The position numbers and the translations under genes are program-made. From assembly GCA_002189035.1 (NCBI GenBank), contig NEEC01000025.1:1-64000 (forward strand): a DNA stretch of 64,000 nt, in the 5' to 3' direction. Below, one piece after another: positions 56,950 to 64,000 of this stretch. Below the pieces are notes generated by a model. It was not told the DNA's origin, searched no databases, and saw nothing but the letters and a program-made list of their open reading frames with translations. Positions within the stretch are counted from its first letter, which is position 1. Each line of letters opens with the position of its first letter. This DNA comes from Utricularia gibba (lineage: Eukaryota; Plantae; Magnoliophyta).

Positions 56950-57945
56950 TCAAAACATGGAGTTGGCCGCTTCTGATATATCAGTAGCCACCTGGTCATA
57001 CTCTCCCTTCAGCTTCTGCTCTTCTTCCTGGCTGAGCTCCCCCTTCGTCGGCTTGGTTAGGACAAGGACACAGCATGTAGGTCTCTTCGTGACGCCAGCA
57101 TTAGCAAGGTCCTGATGAGAAGAGAGGATCATAAACATGAGAATAGCTCAAGCAGAATTCAGCTCCACTATCGAATTTCAAAAAACCAAGGTTAAAAGTG
57201 ATATCTGTATAGCAGAACATATAGGAGAACCAAGTTAACAAAAGTGAACGCTGAGATGAACATTTGAACGAAAACGAAGGCGCGGACACTCCATATGCGC
57301 ATGATAACCGATCAGTGATAAGGTGGGAGTGAAGAAGAATACAGTTCTCTCTTGAGCATGCATTCTTTCCAAGTATATGCAGGGTATCTGAATCTTACTT
57401 CTTTGGATGGAACATAGATGTAAGGAATCTTCGCGTCTTCACATAGGATTGGAATATGGGTGATGACATCTATAGGCGAAACATTCCCCGCAATGACACA
57501 AATTCTGCAAACATCACCCCATGAAAACGAATCTCAGGTTCCAAAAGCTAGTGCCTTTTAGAAAGAATCATTAGAAATGCCGAATGGGAATGAGCAGCAG
57601 CTAGAACAAAAGCTTGAATCTTCACAAATGGGGGGAAAAAGTCTAACCCTTTGTTTCCCCTGCGAATGCTTTTGACGACCTCCTTAACTCCTCTCTTCAA
57701 GCACTTGTTCTCCGCAGCTAGATGTAACAAAACACGGCATTTAACAACCTCAACCAACATGGAAGATAACAAACCAAAAAAAGCGAACTGCCCGGAATCG
57801 CGACGAGACCTCGACGAACGAGTTTGAAAGTGCGCTTGCATAGCTTTTTTCCAGCCAAAGGCTTCGCTATTGGAGCGAGGGACAGCGATTTCTTCTTCTC
57901 CTTCTCTTTCTGCGACGTTTTCTCCGCCTCAGTGTCACTTCCCAT
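56950..57945 (-). CDS. NHP2: H/ACA snoRNP subunit NHP2 (L7Ae family); 4 exons
   Basis: LAPIAKPLAGKKLCKRTFKLVRR, LKRGVKEVVKSIRRG, IAGNVSPIDVITHIPILCED, DLANAGVTKRPTCCVLV. Confidence 0.94.
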
Positions 57946-58242
57946 AGTTTCTTTCCCCTTCGCCGGGTTACCGAACAAACACAAAAGACGGCGGACGGTT
58001 CGACGAGGGGTTTTGACAATGGGCCAATGGGGTTAGGGTTCCACTCGCGGAAGTGATGGTGAGGGCGAGCTTTGCGGGTCTGGGTCGGATCCACGTTTCG
58101 GACTGTAAATCCAATCAAATAAGAGCAAAGTTCATTGCTTTTAAAGGCCTGAAAAAATTCTTTTCCCTGGAAATATTGTGATCGTGCTGCTTTTAACCCT
58201 AAAAAATCACGATCCGCTCAACTTCGTCGAATTCCATATTCG

Positions 58243-60631
58243 ATGGACGCTCTTCAATCCAACTATATGGATTCTCCGTCGCAGCTCCAGACTGAGCATC
58301 AATTCTCCAATCATCAGACTGATCCATTTCGGCAATTGCAGGCTGAACTCGAAGCCGATGGGAAAAACCTGGATTCAATCAATCACGTCGCGGTGTACGG
58401 AGTTACCGCCGGAGCGGATGATGATGCGGCCCCCGGAAGTGTTAATCGGAAGACGTTACTGCCTGAAAATGGTGTAAACAACACAAACAGTGCAACCCCA
58501 AGGATGCTTCGGGTGGCGAGGAGGAAACGACCAGCCGGAGACGGCGTCGTTCTAGGTGGGACCCGCCTCCTTCTGAGAATCTTGAAGATGGAGGGGCTGG
58601 TAGCGGAGGGACTGGTGATGGGAATTCTGAGTCTGGAGGGAGAAAACGGAAGTCGAGGTGGGCGGACGATGAGCCGAAGCCGGTGATTCAGTTGCCAGAT
58701 TTCATGAAGGATTTTGCTGGGGGCATTGAGTTTGATCCCGAGATTCAAGCCTTGAATAGTAGGTTGCTCGAGATCAGTAGGAAACTGCAATCGGGGTTGC
58801 CGTTGGATGATCGGCCAGAGGGTGCTCGGTCACCTTCTCCGGAGCCGATTTACGATAACTTCGGCGTTAGGATCAATACTAGGGAATTTCGTGCCAGGGA
58901 GAAATTGAATAGGGAGAGGCAAGAAATTATATCGCTTATAATCAAGAAAAATCCTGCTTTTAAGCCTCCAGCGGATTATAGACCACCTAAGCTTCAAAAG
59001 AAGTTGTACATTCCAATGAAGGAATATCCAGGCTACAACTTTATTGGATTAATTATTGGTCCTAGAGGAAACACACAAAAGAGAATGGAGAGGGAGACAG
59101 GAGCGAAAATTGTTATTCGAGGTAAGGGATCTGTGAAAGAAGGTAGGTTGCAGCAGAAACGGGATATGAAGCATGATCTCGCAGAGAACGAGGATCTGCA
59201 TGTGCTGGTTGAAGCAGACACTGAAGAGGCTCTTGAGGCTGCGGCTGGAATGGTAGAAAAGCTCCTGCAGCCTGTTGATGAGGTTCTGAATGAGCACAAG
59301 AGACAACAACTTAGGGAGCTTGCAGCTCTGAATGGTACCATTAGGGATGAAGAGTTTTGCAGGTTATGTGGTGAGCCTGGGCATCGGCAGTATGCATGCT
59401 CTTCTCGTTTAACTACTTTTAAGAGTGATGTTTTGTGCAAGATTTGTGGAGATGGTGGGCACCCTACGATTGACTGTCCTGTGAAGAACACCACTGGCAA
59501 GAAAATGGATGATGAGTATCAAAGCTTCCTTGCCGAACTTGGAGGCACAGTTCCCAGCTCTTCAAATGAACAGAAATCTGGAACTCTTGCTCTTGGAAGT
59601 TCAACTGCTCCTTGGTCTGGTGGTACTAGCGCTTCTAATACCACACAGGCTGGCATAGGGTCCAATCCGATGAAGCCACAGGAATATGATGAGACAAATT
59701 TGTATATTGGTTACTTGCCACCTAATCTTGATGATGATGGTTTAATCAGCTTGTTTTCCCCTTTTGGTGATATTGTGATGGCGAAGGTTATTAAGGACCG
59801 TACGAGTGGCTTGAGTAAAGGCTATGGATTTGTCAAGTTTTCTGATGTTCAGCAAGCTAACAATGCAATAGCTAGCATGAATGGCCACAAACTTGAGGGG
59901 AGAACCATTGCTGTAAGGGTCGCAGGGAAACCCCACAGCCTGCAGCTCCTCCAGCACCTTCTGGAGCTCCTGCACCATTGCTGCCTTATCCTTCTCCAAA
60001 TCAACCTTTCAATCCTTACCCATCACAGCAGTATAATGCTGGTGGCCTGGTAGGTAGTGCACCACCTCCAGGGAGTTATGGTGGTGCTCCAGTTCCTTGG
60101 GCAACAAATTTATTGCCTCCCACATACACTTACTATCCTCCTCCTCCTCCTCCTCCTGGATCCGAATCACACATATCCGTTCCTGGGCAGCCAGTTTCTC
60201 AGAGTGGATTACAATATCCAAGTATTCCATTACCTCCAGGTTCATCTGGTGTTCCTATGAATAACGTTTCTTCTACTGACCCACCCCAAAGTTATGCATC
60301 CTCAGCAGAGCCACCTAAAATTTACTTGTCTGAAGTCCCCTCTTTGAATAGTCCATCTGTGCCTGCTTATGCCTACACTGGCGCAACTGCCCCCTTGCCA
60401 CCAGGTGCTCAATTTTCATATCCTACACCTACGTATGGATATGCACCTTATTATGCTGCTGTCCCTCCCCCTCCCTCACATGCCCATCATTCACAACTGG
60501 ACGCATCTCAGAGCTTCAGTAATGTTCCCTGGGCCTCAAATCAGTCAGTTACCCCTCCATCGTCTTCTGCTGAGAAAAGCAGTCATGGAGCAGATTCTGA
60601 GTACGAAAAGTTCATGTCAGAAACAAAATAA
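58243..60631 (+). CDS. SF1: Splicing factor 1 / branch-point binding protein (KH-QUA2, 2 Zn knuckles, RRM); apparent -1 frameshifts at 58496-58499 and 59931-59934
   Basis: [103 protein letters not shown], terminal [10 protein letters not shown]. Confidence 0.94.
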
Positions 60632-61994
60632 CGTTCATGCGAACTGCTGCATGTTGTGAGGTATGATATCCTGCCGGAATCAATTGCAAGATTGATATGG
60701 CAGTATTTTTTATGTTAACATTTAACCGGATCCACATACTTCCCTTGCTGTTTTTACCACAAAACAAAGTGTTGAATGAATTAGTTGGTAATGAGGCTGA
60801 TGAACTAACGAAAGCGCCATAGTTGTTGCATTGGGAAAGAGTTCTGAGCTTTAAAATTTGGTAAAGCTTTATTGGAATGCTGAGAATATGCTCATAGTTA
60901 TTGGTTCAATAGTTTTATATTTTCAGTTGTTTTATCTATTACTACTGAAAGTTGTCTGTTCAGTCTGCAGATTTCTTATACTGACAATCTATTGGGGTAT
61001 AGTGTTCAACTATCCATACTTCCATTTTTTGGTCTTGGCCTCCCTGAAATCATATGCGCATTCAAATAGTTAGGTTTAAGTTACCCCTGTTTGCATGATT
61101 TCGTTTTATGCTTGTATGGCTTTGTGTTGGCTCTCATACAAATCATAACACCCGCTTTTTTCCCCTCATCTAATATCTCTACAGGATGTTTGATGCAGCA
61201 GTTTCATCCTGATTTCTAATCTCTTGCCATGATTTACTTCTTGGACGTTTGGGACTCACATAACCTTGCTGTGCTGTGACATTTGCAGAAAGTTTCTTTC
61301 AAGTAGGCTCAGTTGGACCACCCGCTGTATCTCCCTTTCAAAAGATAATATTGGCTCTTTTGTAGGGTTATTTATATTCTCAAGGCTTATATCTTGCTCT
61401 GCATTCGTGTTTTCAGCTTTGGTATTTTCTGTGTTCCACCTTCCTCTTAGCTTTTTTCTCACCTCTGTTTTGATGGGTTCAATGGTGTGTACCTGACTCT
61501 TTCGTAGTCCTAACCTTGTTTTGTAATTTGCTTCCCACTGCTAAGACAGACGAAACATCCTTGTCTGAACATAGCAAGGTGAGCTCAGGTTTTTTTTTTT
61601 TTTTTTTTTTTTAACAGCGCCAATGGATATGGACTCTGATTGTATCCAGTTTCTCTCATGTATTCTCCTAGTTCATGCATCTCAGCCATCAACTGATGAG
61701 AGTCGACACCGATGATGCGCAGGTGGATGAAACTGACCTCTTCTTTAGGCACTGGAAGAATAAAGGGTCACAGGTTTAGTTTTCATCTCATGATACTGTG
61801 TTGCTCACTGATGTCCATAGCCCAGGGGTGTTTGTGTCTTGATTCAACCTTTATTTTGGAGTTTGTGATTTGCTCTGACTTTGGAATTGATGCGAGACAT
61901 TGAGACCAAAATATCTTATAAGGAAATGTTGTTGTAACAATTCGTACTTTGTGTCACTTTTTTCTCTTTTCCTCTGAAGCAAGGGAACTCTTTT

Positions 61995-63314
61995 CTATAA
62001 TGGCTGCATCCCTTCATGAATATGCGACCCACCATTCGCAGAGGTAGACGGTAACTCATGGCTGTGAGCATCTGCAGTCATCTCCTGGACCGGTGGTGGG
62101 TTCACGACGGTCATCGCAAACGTGCTGTCATCGGCAAGCCGAGCCTTCATCTCCCGGTGCTCCTGGCACAACGCGCACCAGTGCAAGCAGCAGTGTACCA
62201 TACAAGGATCACATGGCGAGTTCTGCATGGTCATAGGCAAGGGGAGAATTGGAAACCTCCACAAAAGTTCTCTGTCATGAGGAAGGAGTTGATGCGAATT
62301 CCTTAAGGCAGTACCTTGAGGTGATACTTCTTCTGCAGTGTCTGCCGAGCAAGGCCTGTGTAAATCCCACACATCCACCAACTGAAAAGGAGTCCTTCAA
62401 GGATGAGGAATGTTGTCCTTGGTTCGATCACACCATGTACAGCAGCAGCAGTTGCAGCCAGTGCCAGTCCACCTTCAACAAAGATGGCATGACAGATACA
62501 TGGACCAGTCCATGGAGTGTCCTCTTTCATCTGCTCAAAATTGCGTCCGAAGAGAACGCATGGGCAGAGCAACCCGGTCCTGCCTATTCCATGACAGCAA
62601 GAGAGCAGCTGGTTACTGGATAGGAAGGCAACATGACATCATGCTGCCGATGCAGCATCATTTTAAGATAATGCATAAAATACAACTGAAATGCCTCTCA
62701 GAGGTTGAAAAGCATGAACACTGGCTTTATGATGATGTCATTAAAGAACTTACAGCTCTCATTGTCCTGTGCACAATCGAAAATTCCAGATGTCCAAGGC
62801 TCATCTGCTGGAGCTTGATAGCTCTCTGGTAAAGGCTGTCCACACTCACTGCATTTCCTAGTATGCAACTGCAAAGAATAATTGGATCTACTTTAAAATG
62901 TAGTTGACATTCTCATTGAAAATCGAACGAGCCTTGATAAACATAATGAAAAGGAAACGTGAGGATCAACAAAAAAAACCAGGGGTGAGACTGAATACAT
63001 TGCAGAGTCAAAATGAAAGAGAACATATAAATTTTTGTTAGCAAATGGGACCATCATGACCGATCGATCACCAGATCAAGAGTCCCTAAGCAAGGTAGCA
63101 CTTTTATTACACATTTCCCTCCTCAGATTCAGTCCAAAGTAAACTTTACAATAAACAGGTAATCATGTACGAATGCCGAAGCGCTAAGGGAAATGAAACA
63201 AGACCTGAGGTACATCGATGGGCATATTAAGTTCGCCGGGTTTAATATCCTCCAATGGCGCCTGCTCCTTCGTCAATTTCACATAACTCGTCGGTGATTC
63301 ATCTCTTCTGCCAT
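61995..63314 (-). CDS. CNR6: PLAC8-family Cell Number Regulator 6-like protein; apparent -1 frameshift at GG 63293-63294
   Basis: [93 protein letters not shown]. Confidence 0.9.
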
Positions 63315-63628
63315 TTTCACAGATCTGACCAGAATCCAGGGACCCAAATTCAAGATCCGCAAAAAGCAACTCGTAACACAAGTCAACGAAAATCAAATCA
63401 CCTGACACCCAGCACAAACGCAAAATGCTACTGAATATAGTTTGTATGCTAACAAAAAAATCACCCTAACTGCCAAAGAAACGACTAACCAATCCTCGGA
63501 GAAAACAACCCAAGTCGCCTTGGTACCCAGATGAAGTGAACTTAGACTTCCGGTCTACGGGTTTTACCGTTTTTCAGTCCCCTCTCCACTGTCAACGCGG
63601 CGTGCAGTTGAGTGTTATTAAAACATAC

Positions 63629-63710
63629 GGCCCATCAACAAGGCTCACAGTTCATTGAGCTACTTCGTCATGGCCCAATATCACCCCAAGAGCCCATTAT
63701 CAGGCCCAAT
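63629..63710. promoter_or_regulatory. Site II cluster upstream of CNR6
   Basis: Four GGCCCA/AGCCCA motifs within ~80 bp, 300-400 bp upstream of the start codon. Confidence 0.5.
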
Positions 63711-64000
63711 ATCGCATCTAAATAAATTTCATTCCTAGATCAGTATTAGTTTGCTTTAGTGTTACATTTCAATAACTAATCATTCATAAATTCATAATCT
63801 AATGTACAAATACGATGATACCGATCGAATGGTTTGAACGCTATGCTTCATCTACTTTAGATCATATTAATCCCAAAATAACCATAAGTTTTGTTTGAAA
63901 CATATTCTATTTTTATACAAATATATAAGTTTTGTAATAAAATATGATTGATTTTAACTTCAAAAATTTAGACGTATTTTTCTTATTTTTTTTTAAAATA

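Noticed and set aside
58243-58686. 147-aa ORF as a separate gene or uORF upstream of SF1
   Set aside because: It is the SF1 N-terminus; +1 C at 58496-58499 joins it to the RRRRRSRWD motif and the main ORF.

Overview
Plant (eudicot) nuclear DNA from a very compact genome: about 21 protein-coding genes in about 61 kb, mostly 70-110 nt introns, short AT-rich spacers. This is suggestive of a miniature Lentibulariaceae-like genome, but that is inference only. The window opens in a ~347-bp tandem satellite (1-~2788, 8 monomers) ending ~55 bp upstream of the TATA box of a potato type II protease-inhibitor gene. Genes in order: Pin-II inhibitor, plastid starch phosphorylase, ARM-repeat protein, EMF1, peroxisomal-type Asp aminotransferase, AP-4 beta, RPL11, a head-to-head box C/D snoRNA cluster (including an snR53/snoR53Y-type guide), CID5/6-like, TFIIS-SPOC protein, RING-H2 ligase, MAPR, group I bZIP, NET4-like, methylesterase, an abnormal S6 kinase, LRR-III kinase, TOC34, XCP protease, NHP2, SF1 and CNR6. 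Nine frameshifts in eight genes are each repaired by adding one base to a G/C run, which points to uncorrected homopolymer errors in the assembly rather than pseudogenes. No novel multi-gene system is evident. The most interesting items are the satellite serving as upstream region of a defence gene, the snoRNA cluster, the internally deleted S6K and the NET4-like gene with a degenerate actin-binding domain and 32-aa repeats. All homology calls are by-eye motif recognition, not database searches.
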